Shown here: in pieces, positions 29,618 to 39,698 of the stretch
Numbering within the stretch: position 1 is the first letter of the stretch
How the letters are laid out: every line of letters begins with the position of its first letter
Source: Actinomycetes bacterium
GTDB lineage: Bacteria > Actinomycetota > Acidimicrobiia > Acidimicrobiales > Acidimicrobiaceae
DNA: 64,000 bases
Reading direction: 5' to 3'
NCBI GenBank assembly: GCA_021822605.1
Contig: JAKAQL010000009.1
Coordinates: 39-64,038 of the forward strand
Position numbers and translations under genes: made by a program
Notes under the pieces: generated by a model
Database searches by the model: none
What the model was told of the DNA's origin: nothing
The model's input: only the letters and a program-made list of their open reading frames with translations

Positions 29618-30868
29618 CTACTGCGTCTCGCTATAAGGGGTGGGGACTCGGCGGAAGATCGTGTAGATGACGATGTCGTAGGCCGCCTTGAGTCCGCCTG
29701 CTATCACAAAGGGGTAGGCAAACAGCGAGGTGCTTGAGAGAAAGATGCCGGCGATCAGTGGTGACGCACCTGTTCCAAGGCTTCGTGCACCGTTGGTCGT
29801 GGCAGCGAGGTATCCGCGGTCCTCGGCATCGACGATCGCCATGGTGTAGGCCTGGCGGGTAGGAACGTCCATCTGCGACAACATGTGTCGTGCAAGGAGC
29901 ACCACTGCTGCGAGCAGTCCTGTAGGAGCAAAAGGTACGAGTGCTAGGAGGATGTTGGAGGGTAAGTGGGTAAAGACCATGGTGTTCAAGAGCCCGAAAC
30001 GCTTTGAGATCGTGGCAGCCACCAAGGAGGAGAGTGCAGAGAAGAGATTTGTGCCAAAGAAGAGCAGTCCGATCTGGGTGAGGTCGAAGCCAAACTTGAC
30101 ACGGAACCAATAGACGAGGAGCCCTTGGACGATCAGCCCGCCTCCAAAGGCATCTACGGTAAAGAGGGCGGTCAGGGTGTGGACTACCTTGCGGACCTTG
30201 AGCGCTGGCCGGTAACGAGAGTTCTTAGCCTGGGCGGTAGCGATGACCTGTTCCACTGAGTTGGGGACCACCGCATAGAGAATCAGTTGGACGAGCGCGA
30301 TTCCACTGTAGGCGAGAATCACGACTCGAAAGAGCCCGGTCGAGATCTGTGAGGCGTGCCCCAGTCCAAAGCCGAGGAGGGCAGCGATCAGTGCACCAGC
30401 CGCTGTTGCAGTGTAGCCAACCAGGGTAAACCAGGCGTAGGTCTTGGTACGAGCATGCCCCTTGACAAGTCTCGATAGCATCGCCTGCTCGATACCGAGG
30501 AAGAGCCCGACCTCCTTCCCGGTTGGGGAGATGCTGCCGAGGATGATGATGACGCCGAGGGCGAGCGGCTCCTTGGTGATCAGCAAGAAGGGGGCGGCGA
30601 TGAACCAGAGAAATGAACTGATGAGGAGTAGCCGGCGTCGTCCGAAGTGATCGACATATCGGCCAATGAACAGAGAGATGAGCGCTGTACCGAGTAGCGC
30701 AACGGTGAACAGGGTTCCAATCTCGAGCGCTGAGATATGTTGCTCGTGCCAATAAAGCGGCAGAATAATCGCGATCACGCCAAAACCCACTTCGCGCAGT
30801 GCTCGAGCGATCAGGAGGAGCCAGGCAGCTCGATCCCTGGCTACTGAACCTTCGCTGCTTTCTGTCAT
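29618..30868 (-). CDS. MFS transporter
   Basis: About 12 hydrophobic segments and an MFS loop motif 'GRYVDHFGRRRLLL'. The start is taken at ATG 30868 (MTESSEG...). Confidence 0.8.
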   Translation of the reverse strand: MTESSEGSVARDRAAWLLLIARALREVGFGVIAIILPLYWHEQHISALEIGTLFTVALLGTALISLFIGRYVDHFGRRRLLLISSFLWFIAAPFLLITKEPLALGVIIILGSISPTGKEVGLFLGIEQAMLSRLVKGHARTKTYAWFTLVGYTATAAGALIAALLGFGLGHASQISTGLFRVVILAYSGIALVQLILYAVVPNSVEQVIATAQAKNSRYRPALKVRKVVHTLTALFTVDAFGGGLIVQGLLVYWFRVKFGFDLTQIGLLFFGTNLFSALSSLVAATISKRFGLLNTMVFTHLPSNILLALVPFAPTGLLAAVVLLARHMLSQMDVPTRQAYTMAIVDAEDRGYLAATTNGARSLGTGASPLIAGIFLSSTSLFAYPFVIAGGLKAAYDIVIYTIFRRVPTPYSETQ

Positions 30869-31184
30869 GGGGTCCGCTTTCCTCCTCGGGGGTGCCCTGT
30901 TACCTTCCACTACAACCTAGCCAAGGCCGTTGGGGCTCGCGTAGGTTCGCAAGGCGCGCACTCCGTCCTGATCGTTGGCGCCCCTGTCTCGTTGGGTCAC
31001 GTTCGGGATCGATAACGGGTAAATTCTCCTTAACCACCATTAGAAAATGTGTGAGTACTTTGGTTGGAATCGCGTAGCGTGCCAAGCAAAGTGATTGTGT
31101 CTACCAAGGAAAAATCTCATTACCACCTTACGTATTTCTTGAGGAATGTTGTTTGAAGGACGGTCTTGATGCGCCTGGAGAAGT

Positions 31185-31913
31185 ATGCTTAGCGAGGTGC
31201 TCTTTGCTCTCATTTTTGCTTTTTTAATCACCCAGCTCGCAATTCTTTTAACAACGGTCTATTTACACCGTACATTGTCGCATAAGGCACTGAAGCTTGC
31301 TCCAGCGGTCGAGTTCGTGGTACGCCTCCTGCTCTGGCTCACGACTGGGATTCAACGTCGTGAGTGGGTCGGAGTCCATCGAATCCACCACGCCCACACG
31401 GATGTCGTTGGTGATCCTCACTCGCCGATCGTCGAAAGCTACTGGAAAATCCAGCTTCTCAACTTATTTTATTATCGGCGCGCCGCTAAAAATCGTGAAG
31501 CCATTGAACGAATCACCAAGGATCTCCCACCTGATCGTTGGGATCGGTACTTGTTTTCGCACTCCTATCTTGGCCTTGGTCTCGGGATTGCAATTCTGAT
31601 CGCCCTTTTTGGGGTTGAGTTCGCCGTTATCATCGCTGTCGTGCATCTTGTGCTCTACCTCACCTTGAGCGCTGCGGTCAATGCGATCGGTCACCGGTTT
31701 GGCAAGAGGCCGTTCCAGAATTTGGCCACTAACAATCAGTGGCTTGCTTTCTTGACCTTTGGCGAAGGATTGCACAACAACCACCATGAGCTTCCCACTG
31801 CTGCGAATCTCGCTTTCCATGCCCCCCAGGTTGACCTAGGCTGGTACGTCATAAGGTCACTCGAACGGTTCCATTTAGCGAAAGTCAGAACGCTGAAGCG
31901 CGGTTTCGCCTGA
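31185..31913 (+). CDS. fatty-acid (acyl-CoA/lipid) desaturase
   Basis: Three His boxes: 'HRTLSH', 'HRIHHAHTD' and 'HNNHH'. Confidence 0.85.
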   Translation: MLSEVLFALIFAFLITQLAILLTTVYLHRTLSHKALKLAPAVEFVVRLLLWLTTGIQRREWVGVHRIHHAHTDVVGDPHSPIVESYWKIQLLNLFYYRRAAKNREAIERITKDLPPDRWDRYLFSHSYLGLGLGIAILIALFGVEFAVIIAVVHLVLYLTLSAAVNAIGHRFGKRPFQNLATNNQWLAFLTFGEGLHNNHHELPTAANLAFHAPQVDLGWYVIRSLERFHLAKVRTLKRGFA

Positions 31914-32118
31914 TCTTTCGCCTGTGCTGCGGTAGACCTTGGTGGTCCATGGATTGATAGTGATCGAGGGGGGGGTGTCCCAGAGGCCTATGTCGCTCAG
32001 TTCGTTGTGTAACGGCGAAGATGGGGGCGGACAACCAGAAGTCCTCACATCGAGGACCTAAGGCGTGAATAGGCACTGTCGCTGTTCGTTTGGCTGGAGC
32101 CGACAAGGTTATGCCCGA

Positions 32119-33372
32119 TCATCCATGTTCGATGCGCCACCAGCTGGTTGGCAACGGTATTGCACGGGAGGTCGTGACCGGGATCTTCTCAGTGTGCATC
32201 GGCCAGCTAGCCACAAGATAGCCAGCCACCACTCCTAGGGAACTCCCGAGCAAGGTCGTGCTGGCTTTGAGGTGGAGGTGGTAGGTAATCTTTTGCCCGG
32301 GCCAGAGAACCGCATTGAAGCCCCGACTCAGTGTGAGGTTAGCCGTCGAGTTCGGGTTCCTTAACCAAGGGATATGAATGGAACCCAGCACATGGTGAGC
32401 CCGTGCGCCAATGACGCGAACAACGCTCGAACCAGCCTCGTCGGCGAGCTGTTCGGCGATAGTCGCTGCGTGATGAAGCGAGCCCGGTCCCTGTTGGTCA
32501 AGCACGATTGCGACCGCTGGCATCGCTCCCGAAGCGGTCCGCTCTACGGTGGCAATGGCGGCGCACCCGCCAGACCAGATGGTATAGCCGGATTTGATGC
32601 CTATCACGTTGGCAGTACCAATGCGAGCCACGATGTTGGGCAGGGTACCAATCAATGGCAGCGTAACCGTGTGCTCGTCAACGATCTGATCAAACACAGA
32701 GTTGCGCATGTCCATCGCTGCGACGGTCGCGACCGCTTGGGCGGTGGCCTTGGTCTCAGGGTTAAAGCCACTTGCATCGGCAAAGTGAGTATTTGTGAGG
32801 TGCATGCGATGCGCTGTTTGGTTCATCTCGGCCACGAAAGAGCTCTCAGAGCCAGCGACCCAGGACGAGAGCAGTTGGGCGACGTTATTAGCGGAACGAG
32901 TGAGAAGTGCCTGGAGCAGCTGGTATTCGGTGAGGCGCTCCCCGGCGGTAACCTCCACCGATGACTGGTCCTCAGCGACGTCATTATCGTACTGTTGCTG
33001 GTCTTGGATGGTCATGGTGAGAACTGGCCCTGGCGATCCGATGGCAAGCGGAAAACGCTGCAGGACAAGGTAGGCGGTCATCAACTTTGCAAGACTCGCA
33101 ATTGGCACTGCGCGTTCGTCTGGGGTTGATGCGATGGCGTTCATGGATAGCGACGGAATGGCCACGGCGGCCTGCCCTTGTGTTGGCCAGCGGAACTGAG
33201 GAGGCACGCCAGGCGCAACCACTGGGGTTGGGGTGCTGAGCGAGACCTTCAGTTGCGGTAATAGAGCATGTAGACGAACCTCGACGACCGCTCCACTCGC
33301 AATGGCAAGGCATCCCAAGGCGGCCGTTACCAGAAAGGCCGACCACGGCCGTTTCAGGAAAGATACGTGCAT
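32119..33372 (-). CDS. D-alanyl-D-alanine carboxypeptidase (S11-type PBP)
   Basis: 'ASLAKLMT' (SxxK), 'RSANN' (SxN) and 'KSGYT' (KTG-like). The start is at ATG 33372 (MHVSFLKRPWSAFLVTAALG..., signal-like). The track's 178-aa R/P/S-rich N-extension is rejected. Confidence 0.8.
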   Translation of the reverse strand: MHVSFLKRPWSAFLVTAALGCLAIASGAVVEVRLHALLPQLKVSLSTPTPVVAPGVPPQFRWPTQGQAAVAIPSLSMNAIASTPDERAVPIASLAKLMTAYLVLQRFPLAIGSPGPVLTMTIQDQQQYDNDVAEDQSSVEVTAGERLTEYQLLQALLTRSANNVAQLLSSWVAGSESSFVAEMNQTAHRMHLTNTHFADASGFNPETKATAQAVATVAAMDMRNSVFDQIVDEHTVTLPLIGTLPNIVARIGTANVIGIKSGYTIWSGGCAAIATVERTASGAMPAVAIVLDQQGPGSLHHAATIAEQLADEAGSSVVRVIGARAHHVLGSIHIPWLRNPNSTANLTLSRGFNAVLWPGQKITYHLHLKASTTLLGSSLGVVAGYLVASWPMHTEKIPVTTSRAIPLPTSWWRIEHG

Positions 33373-33541
33373 TTGGATGCCAAGACTAGCGGGCGCTACG
33401 ATGCGATTGCTCTCTGGAGGGAGCCAGCGATCATAGGAGTGACAGATCATGGCCAAGAGGAGTGCTGCTTGGGGGTCAAAAGGTAAAGAATGCTCCTCGT
33501 TTTGATGACTAGAGTTGAGCCCATCGGGGTATGGTGGATCC

Positions 33542-33934
33542 ATGGGAGAAGCCGACCCACAGAGGTCTCGCCGGTCAAGCTTCGATGGTCCGTCACTAGA
33601 TCTGCGTCTCCTGCGCGCCCGAGTTCTCGGCGATCTGCGGCGAGGGAGCCTTGACCCGGTTGATGTTTGCGATGCCGACAGACAGCTCCTTGACGCTGCT
33701 GCTAGCTTTGGCATTGCCCTACGAGAGGCCTGTCCGGTTTGTGACCAGGGTGCGCTACGCCACGTTGCGTATGGCTTTGGCAAAGGGTTGCCAGCCAGCG
33801 GCCAGGTGGTTGGTGGCTTGCTCAACGACTCTTCGATGGCTGGGGTGAGCGATCTCAACGTATGTATCGTTGAGGTATGTACTGCCTGCCGATGGAACTT
33901 CCTCATCGAGCGGCGGTTTAAGAGAGCGAAATAG
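33542..33934 (+). CDS. DUF5318-like conserved actinobacterial protein
   Basis: 'VCDADRQLLDAA...CPVC...VEVCTACRWNFL' is a four-Cys pattern. The position between a PBP gene and rpsF matches what I recall for this family. The start is uncertain. Confidence 0.55.
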   Translation: MGEADPQRSRRSSFDGPSLDLRLLRARVLGDLRRGSLDPVDVCDADRQLLDAAASFGIALREACPVCDQGALRHVAYGFGKGLPASGQVVGGLLNDSSMAGVSDLNVCIVEVCTACRWNFLIERRFKRAK

Positions 33935-34110
33935 TTGATCGGCTCGAGCGGGACTGCAGTGCTGGCGCTCCCAAACCACTAGTCTTTCTTCGATCGATTC
34001 CTCAATTGAGGGTCGTTGTATTGCTTTCCTGCTCCCTGCACGGCCGTATGGCGGTGTTGTCTTCTGACAAGGGAGTCCTGGTGAAGAGCCTGGTCCATAG
34101 GAGGTACCTT

Positions 34111-34446
34111 TTGAGAACGTATGAGCTTGCCCTGATTACTGACTCCTCACTTGAGGAGACGGTTCGTGATGGAGTGACTGAACGCATCGAGTCCATTGTC
34201 ACGACTGCTGGTGGATCGCTTGGAGAGAGGGCGACGTGGGGACGCCGAACCCTCATCTACCCGATCGCACACCACCTAGAGGGATTCTACTCATTTCATC
34301 GGTTTCAGGCCGAGCCTGCGACAGTCACAGAACTCGATCGAGTTTTGTCGATCGCTGATGAGGTCCTCCGTTTTAAGATCGTTCGCCTTCCCGAGCGTGC
34401 GATAGAGTCAGGAAAGGCGCCGCTCCTCAAGGGAGCCGCGCGCTAA
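34111..34446 (+). CDS. rpsF: 30S ribosomal protein S6
   Basis: 'RTYELALITD...WGRRTLIYPI...GFY'. AGGAGG lies 6 nt upstream of TTG 34111. The track start 34006 adds a non-homologous leader. Confidence 0.88.
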   Translation: MRTYELALITDSSLEETVRDGVTERIESIVTTAGGSLGERATWGRRTLIYPIAHHLEGFYSFHRFQAEPATVTELDRVLSIADEVLRFKIVRLPERAIESGKAPLLKGAAR

Positions 34447-34474
34447 GACGCAGATACGAGGACAGGAGAGAAAT

Positions 34475-34939
34475 ATGTCCGCTGGAAACACCGTCACATT
34501 GATCGGCAATCTCACCAAGGAGCCCGAACTCCGTTTTACTTCGCAAGGTTTGGCCCAGACCACGTTCTCAATCGCCGTTAACCGGCGTCGGATGAATCAG
34601 CAGACCCAAGACTGGGAGGAGTCGACATCCTTCTTTGAGGTAGTGTGCTGGCGCGAACTCGCTGAGAATGTGGCTGAGAGTCTCGAAAAGGGATCCCGTT
34701 GCGTTGTCACTGGCCGCCTCGAGCAACGGACTTGGGAGACACCCGATGGCGACAAGCGTTCCAAGATACAGGTCATAGCCGATGAGGTCGGTCCCTCGCT
34801 CCGGTGGGCAACTGCCCAAGTAACAAAGGCGGATCGACGTACTGGAGGCGGCGGTGATGGCCCTAGCCGAAACGTGGCCCAAGCGAGTGTGCCTGAGCCG
34901 TCGATTGGAAGTTTTAACTACGATGAGGAGCCGTTTTAG
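34475..34939 (+). CDS. ssb: single-stranded DNA-binding protein
   Basis: OB-fold '[18 protein letters not shown]', a Gly-rich tail, and an acidic C-terminal 'DEEPF'. Confidence 0.95.
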   Translation: MSAGNTVTLIGNLTKEPELRFTSQGLAQTTFSIAVNRRRMNQQTQDWEESTSFFEVVCWRELAENVAESLEKGSRCVVTGRLEQRTWETPDGDKRSKIQVIADEVGPSLRWATAQVTKADRRTGGGGDGPSRNVAQASVPEPSIGSFNYDEEPF

Positions 34940-34941
34940 AG

Positions 34942-35346
34942 ATGGGTAAGAACGCTACAAAGAAGCGGCCGGTCCGTAAGGAGTCGGCTGATGCACTCAA
35001 GAAGTTCAAGAAGAAGCCATGCAGTTTTTGTCTGAGTAAGTCTGAGTGGATTGACTACAAGGACGTTGAGTTGTTGCGTAGGTATATCAGTGACCGAGCA
35101 AAGATTCGAGCGCGCCGAGTTACCGGTAACTGTACCCAGCACCAGGCTGAGGTGGCAAATGCCATCAAGGTAGCTCGTGAGCTTGCTCTGTTACCATACC
35201 TTGCACGGCCGACAAATGACCGTGAGCGCAGTGGCGGTGGGCGCGGACGCAGTGGCGATCGTCGAGTTCGCAACGAGGATGTCGAAGACATCGTCGATCT
35301 CGATGACGACAACCAAGAGGACGAATCGCAAGAGGAGGAGGAGTAG
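34942..35346 (+). CDS. rpsR: 30S ribosomal protein S18 with long C-terminal R/G then acidic extension
   Basis: '[50 protein letters not shown]' is followed by about 55 extra residues ending '[14 protein letters not shown]'. Confidence 0.9.
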   Translation: MGKNATKKRPVRKESADALKKFKKKPCSFCLSKSEWIDYKDVELLRRYISDRAKIRARRVTGNCTQHQAEVANAIKVARELALLPYLARPTNDRERSGGGRGRSGDRRVRNEDVEDIVDLDDDNQEDESQEEEE

Positions 35347-35351
35347 TAGTT

Positions 35352-35801
35352 ATGGAACTCATTCTCCGTCAACCAGTCACCGGCCTCGGTCGCCGAGGCG
35401 ATCATGTGAAGGTCGCCGATGGGTATGCCCGCAATTATCTGCTCCCGAAGGGGTTGGCGTTGGTGGCAACCCCCAAGGTGGCACAGCAGGCAGAGTCGAT
35501 GCGCAAGGCCTCAGCCGAGAAGCACCAGCGTGAACTCGAGGCTGCCTCGGAGCTAGCTTCGCAGCTGGTTGCGCTTGAGATCAGCGTCACCAAGCGTTCC
35601 TCGAGGGATGGCAAGCTCTTTGGGTCGGTTACAACCGGTGAGATTGCTGAGAAGGTGACGGAGCTCTCTGGCGTCACCATCGATCGTCACCAGGTCAATC
35701 TGTCGGAGCCAATCAAGACCACTGGAACGTTCTCCGTTCCGATTCGATTGCACTCAGAGGTCGAAGTAGCGATCAACGTCGAAGTTATCGCTGAATCATA
35801 G
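35352..35801 (+). CDS. rplI: 50S ribosomal protein L9
   Basis: 'MELILRQPVTGLGRRGDHVKVADGYARNYLLPKGLAL'. Confidence 0.93.
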   Translation: MELILRQPVTGLGRRGDHVKVADGYARNYLLPKGLALVATPKVAQQAESMRKASAEKHQRELEAASELASQLVALEISVTKRSSRDGKLFGSVTTGEIAEKVTELSGVTIDRHQVNLSEPIKTTGTFSVPIRLHSEVEVAINVEVIAES

Positions 35802-35813
35802 ACGTAGCATTCT

Positions 35814-37577
35814 ATGGTGGCGCGTGAGTCGAGATCCATCAATGAGACTCGGGTACCGCCGCATAGCGTAGAGGCTGAGGATTCTCTCGTCGGTGCGATG
35901 CTGCTCTCGCGTGATGCGATCAGCGAGGCGGTGGAGCTGTTGAACGAGGATGATTTTTTTCAACCCTCGCTTCGTCATATCTTTAGCGCCTTGTGGCAAC
36001 TCTATACTTCTGGGGATCCAACTGATGTCGTGTCAGTCTCGGACCAGCTGAAGCGTTCCGGGGTTCTCGAACAAGTGGGTGGGACTGAGAAGTTGCTGCT
36101 CCTGCAAGCGTCGACACCGGCGATCGCGAGTGCAGCCCGCTACGCGCAGATTGTACGTGATTACTCCCTCCTCCGTCGCCTGATCGCGGCCGCTACCGAG
36201 ATAGCCGAGCAGGCCTACGCGTCCCCGAACGATGTCCAGGAGATTGTCGACTACGCAGAGGCCCGAATCTTTGATGTAGCCAAGGGCAACAATACCGATA
36301 ACGCGGTGGTGATTCGCGACGTTCTCTGGGAGGCACTCGAGGAGCTCGAGGAGCTCTATGCCCAGGGTGGGAACCAGACCAAGACGGCATCGACTGGTTT
36401 TCGGGATCTCGATGAGAAGCTTTCGGGACTGCACCGCTCAAACCTCATTATCGTCGGCGCTCGTCCTGGTATGGGCAAGACCTCCTTTGCCCTCTCGATG
36501 GCCTCCAAAGTGGCGGAGAACTCTGAGGATCCGGTGCTCATTTTTTCACTTGAGATGAGTCGCATCGAGATCGGCCAACGGCTACTCGCAGGAGAGGCGA
36601 GGGTCGATTCGATGAAGATCCGCAGTGGTCGTCTCGTCGAGCGCGAGTGGGATCGTATCTCACACGCGGCAGGGCGCCTGGCAGAGCGCAAGATCTTTAT
36701 CGATGATGATCCCAATATCACTGTGTTGGATATCCGTGCACGATCTCGGCGCTTGAAGGCGAATGAAGGGCTTTCGCTGGTAATGATTGACTATCTCCAA
36801 CTCATGTCGTCTAGGAGAAATGTCGAGTCGCGTCAGGTCGAGGTGTCAGAGATTTCACGAGGTTTGAAGCTCCTCGCCCGGGAGCTCGACGTTCCAGTGA
36901 TTGCGTTGTCCCAGCTCTCCCGTAACTTGGAGAGCCGTTCGGACAAGCGGCCACTGTTGGCCGACTTGCGAGAGTCCGGTTGTCTCGCCTGGGATACGCA
37001 AGTGCAACTCGACGATGGTGCCACGGAGACGATTGGGATGTTGTGGGCTAAAGGGGTCCAACACTTCGGGCTACTGTCAGCGACACCTGGAGCCGAACCG
37101 CGGCATGCAATAGCCAAGAGAGTCGTCGCTACTGGGGTCAAGCCGTTGGTCCGCATTCTGTTCGACGACGGTTCCCACATCGATGCGACCCAGAACCACC
37201 CTCTCGCAACCCCGAGAGGATTCGTGCGGGTCAGGGCGCTCCGAGTTGGCGACCACGTACTCGCTCTTGACGACGGGGCGACGGTCGTGACGAGGACGAT
37301 CATCTCCTTCGAGTCGTTGGCGCCGGAGTTAGTCTTTGATATCGAGGTGCTCGATAGCCATTGTTTCTACGCGAATGGCGCCTTGGTGCATAACTCCCTC
37401 GAACAGGACGCAGATATCGTGATGTTCATCTATCGAGATGAGGCCTATCGGCCCGACAGCCCTGATCGGGGGGTGGCAGAGATCATCATCGCAAAACACC
37501 GTAGCGGACCGGTTGGAACGGTGCATCTCGCCTTTATGGAGAACTGGGCGCTTTTCGCCGACATCGCTCAGGGGTAA
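35814..37577 (+). CDS. dnaB: replicative DNA helicase DnaB, interrupted by a mini-intein
   Basis: 'PPHSVEAEDSLVGAMLL', Walker A 'GARPGMGKTSF', and 'IDYLQLM'. It is 587 aa, and 449 aa without the insert. Confidence 0.95.
   Translation: MVARESRSINETRVPPHSVEAEDSLVGAMLLSRDAISEAVELLNEDDFFQPSLRHIFSALWQLYTSGDPTDVVSVSDQLKRSGVLEQVGGTEKLLLLQASTPAIASAARYAQIVRDYSLLRRLIAAATEIAEQAYASPNDVQEIVDYAEARIFDVAKGNNTDNAVVIRDVLWEALEELEELYAQGGNQTKTASTGFRDLDEKLSGLHRSNLIIVGARPGMGKTSFALSMASKVAENSEDPVLIFSLEMSRIEIGQRLLAGEARVDSMKIRSGRLVEREWDRISHAAGRLAERKIFIDDDPNITVLDIRARSRRLKANEGLSLVMIDYLQLMSSRRNVESRQVEVSEISRGLKLLARELDVPVIALSQLSRNLESRSDKRPLLADLRESGCLAWDTQVQLDDGATETIGMLWAKGVQHFGLLSATPGAEPRHAIAKRVVATGVKPLVRILFDDGSHIDATQNHPLATPRGFVRVRALRVGDHVLALDDGATVVTRTIISFESLAPELVFDIEVLDSHCFYANGALVHNSLEQDADIVMFIYRDEAYRPDSPDRGVAEIIIAKHRSGPVGTVHLAFMENWALFADIAQG
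36981..37394 (+). other. DnaB mini-intein (138 aa, no homing-endonuclease domain)
   Basis: Insert between 'LRESG' and 'SLEQDADIVMF'. It begins 'CLAWDTQV' (block A Cys), has 'TQNHPL' (block B TxxH), and ends 'ALVHN' followed by Ser (+1). Confidence 0.9.
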
Positions 37578-37625
37578 AGAACCCGGTGCGCCTCAGTTGA
37601 CCCCCACAAGGGCAGCCTAGGTCGA

Positions 37626-38318
37626 TTAACAACTTGTTTGGTCTTGATCGATACGGTCTTGATCGATCCGGTGTTGGTGACTGTGACTGTCTGCGACTGG
37701 ATTCGTCGAGGGTGCAGAGAACGAACCGTCGCCTCGAGCTTGTTCGCCCGTGCGAGGGGTGTCCGTCAAGAGTTGGTTGAGCGAGTAGAGCAGAAGGATC
37801 GCGAAGCCAAACTGAAAGAGCACCTCGCCCGGCATCAAGAGATTGATGCCGTTATCGGGAAGTGAGAACATCGCCAAGAGCCCACCGACGAACTGGAGGA
37901 TGATCATCGCCCAGCTCAGACTGCTGCGAACGAAACGGACGGTGAGCCAGATTGAGATGCCGAGCTGAAGCACAAAGAGGGCAGCTCCAAGGGTCATGTG
38001 CGCCCAGTTGAAGAAGGTGTTCCAGGTGTAGGGGGTCAGCATAATGCCAAACATCAGTACCCCGATCGCGAACAAGGCTACCCGTATGGTGGTCAATGGC
38101 TGGGCCGTGCGAGGCAGGCTGCGCCCAAGATGGATGACCAACCAGATACAGACCAGAAACCCAATGGCGAGAGGAAAGAAGGTTTTCAGGTGCACAAGAT
38201 AATAGCTGATTCCATAGACGTTGACCTGTTGTGTTGGCATCACGATGCCATCGGCGAGAAGGGATCCAAACAGCGCCAGGTAGGCAACCATCAGAACTTT
38301 GATCGTATGCTCCCTCAT
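37626..38318 (-). CDS. polytopic membrane protein (hypothetical)
   Basis: Six to seven hydrophobic segments, with a hydrophilic C-tail. Confidence 0.6.
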   Translation of the reverse strand: MREHTIKVLMVAYLALFGSLLADGIVMPTQQVNVYGISYYLVHLKTFFPLAIGFLVCIWLVIHLGRSLPRTAQPLTTIRVALFAIGVLMFGIMLTPYTWNTFFNWAHMTLGAALFVLQLGISIWLTVRFVRSSLSWAMIILQFVGGLLAMFSLPDNGINLLMPGEVLFQFGFAILLLYSLNQLLTDTPRTGEQARGDGSFSAPSTNPVADSHSHQHRIDQDRIDQDQTSC

Positions 38319-38547
38319 GAGCGCCTCCTATCGCCTAACTTCTCATTCCACCTTCGCACACAAGACATTATTGTAATATACAAGTATAATACCACGAACG
38401 ACGAGCGCATGCCATCGTGAAACGCAAGGAGTGCTGAGGCGATCGACCCAAGGCGGTTGAGTAGTCCTTGGACCCTGAGAGTCGGGAGACGGCCACAACT
38501 TGGCTCGATCGAGTCTTCGGCTAGACTGACACCCCGGAGGATGCTAC

Positions 38548-38979
38548 TTGCGAATCATTTGGGAGAGGTTGAGAACTGAAGATCGGGTCCTCTCGCCGTG
38601 TGTCGTGGCGATCGCGATCACTCTCTTCCTTCCCTGGCACACGTATGCGATCTTGAACATCACTGGCACTACCGATGGTTTTCATAGCTGGGGCTTCTTG
38701 ACCGTTCTCGGGGTGCTCCTGCTCGCCTTTGTTCTCACCTCAGACGGTGAGTTTTTCGCTCGACACACCCCTAGGATCACGCTCGGCTCGTGGAGGGTGA
38801 TCGGAGCGGCGTTGATGTTTGGCGGGGCTGCGCTCTATCTGACGATCGGGCCAGGCTCCTATCATTCCACCGAGGTTCCGGTTGCCTACGGCCCTGCCTA
38901 CGGTGTCTACTTAGCGTTCTTAATAGGACTAGCGGCGTTGTTATTGACGTTCCGCCAAGGGAGGAAATCGATTCAGTGA
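38548..38979 (+). CDS. membrane protein (hypothetical)
   Basis: GGAGGA RBS before TTG 38548. Four hydrophobic segments. The stop overlaps the next start. Confidence 0.55.
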   Translation: MRIIWERLRTEDRVLSPCVVAIAITLFLPWHTYAILNITGTTDGFHSWGFLTVLGVLLLAFVLTSDGEFFARHTPRITLGSWRVIGAALMFGGAALYLTIGPGSYHSTEVPVAYGPAYGVYLAFLIGLAALLLTFRQGRKSIQ

Positions 38980-39683
38980 AGAAGTTGCTACTAGCGATCC
39001 CAGTGGGAGGCCTTTTGCTTGCTGCCTGCGGCTCGACGAGTGCGAGCAATCCGGTGAGTGCCGGTGCGGCAAAGCTGACAAGTCAGGAGGTGCACTTCTG
39101 CTTTGTCACCCAGGCGACGAGTGGCGCGGACAGCACTGAGCTCGAGGGTTGTGGTGACCAGAACTACGATGCTCACCTCGCTTCGGCAAACTTGACGAGT
39201 TCTGTCACCCTCTCCGGTCAGAGTCAGAGCGAGAAGGTTGGGGTAGAGCGCATCGGCAAGACCGAGTGGGTCTACTTCAAGAAGAAGTGGTACGCCCAGA
39301 AGGAGCCATTTCCAGCCTCATCGCCAGGTTCGATCTCCTCTCTGCTGCGAGCGACACCCTCCGTCAAGAAGGTGGCGGGCATCAAGGTGCTGGGACAGTC
39401 AACCACCGGTTACCAGGGAGTCTTCACAGCTGCTGATTTTAAGGCGAACAAGAAGGCGCTGACCTCTTCTATGGCAACATCGCTGACTGGCTTGAAGAGC
39501 GATACCTTCACTGCGTATGTCAACAGCAAGGGCCAAGTTGTCCAGGTGAACCAGACGGAGCTGGTGACCTCCTCGAGCACGAAGGTAACAGTTACCTCCA
39601 CCGTTCAGTTCTCTCATTTTGGAGAGAACGTTGCTATCAACAAGCCACCAGCGAACGAGATCTCGAAGGGTTCACCGACGTAG
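38976..39683 (+). CDS. lipoprotein (hypothetical)
   Basis: GGGAGG RBS and GTG 38976. 'VKKLLLAIPVGGLLLAACGS' has a lipobox L-A-A-C. The track start 38790 lies inside the previous gene. Confidence 0.7.
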   Translation: MKKLLLAIPVGGLLLAACGSTSASNPVSAGAAKLTSQEVHFCFVTQATSGADSTELEGCGDQNYDAHLASANLTSSVTLSGQSQSEKVGVERIGKTEWVYFKKKWYAQKEPFPASSPGSISSLLRATPSVKKVAGIKVLGQSTTGYQGVFTAADFKANKKALTSSMATSLTGLKSDTFTAYVNSKGQVVQVNQTELVTSSSTKVTVTSTVQFSHFGENVAINKPPANEISKGSPT

Positions 39684-39698
39684 GCGATCCCGATCGAT

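Noticed and set aside
33373-33906. A 178-aa N-terminal extension of the D-Ala-D-Ala carboxypeptidase ORF (595 aa in the track).
   Set aside because: The extension is Arg/Ser/Pro-rich and overlaps the divergent DUF5318-like gene. A signal-peptide-like Met (33372) starts the recognisable PBP.
33935-34110. A possible S6:S18-binding leader RNA upstream of rpsF.
   Set aside because: Such a leader is known in some bacteria. I could not identify its conserved structure from memory in this 176-nt region, so a covariance-model scan is needed.
37642-37671. A 15-bp tandem duplication, GTCTTGATCGATACG / GTCTTGATCGATCCG.
   Set aside because: It lies within the 3' end of the 37626-38318 membrane-protein gene and simply encodes 'RIDQDRIDQD' in its tail. 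There are only two copies, so this is probably a trivial slippage duplication.
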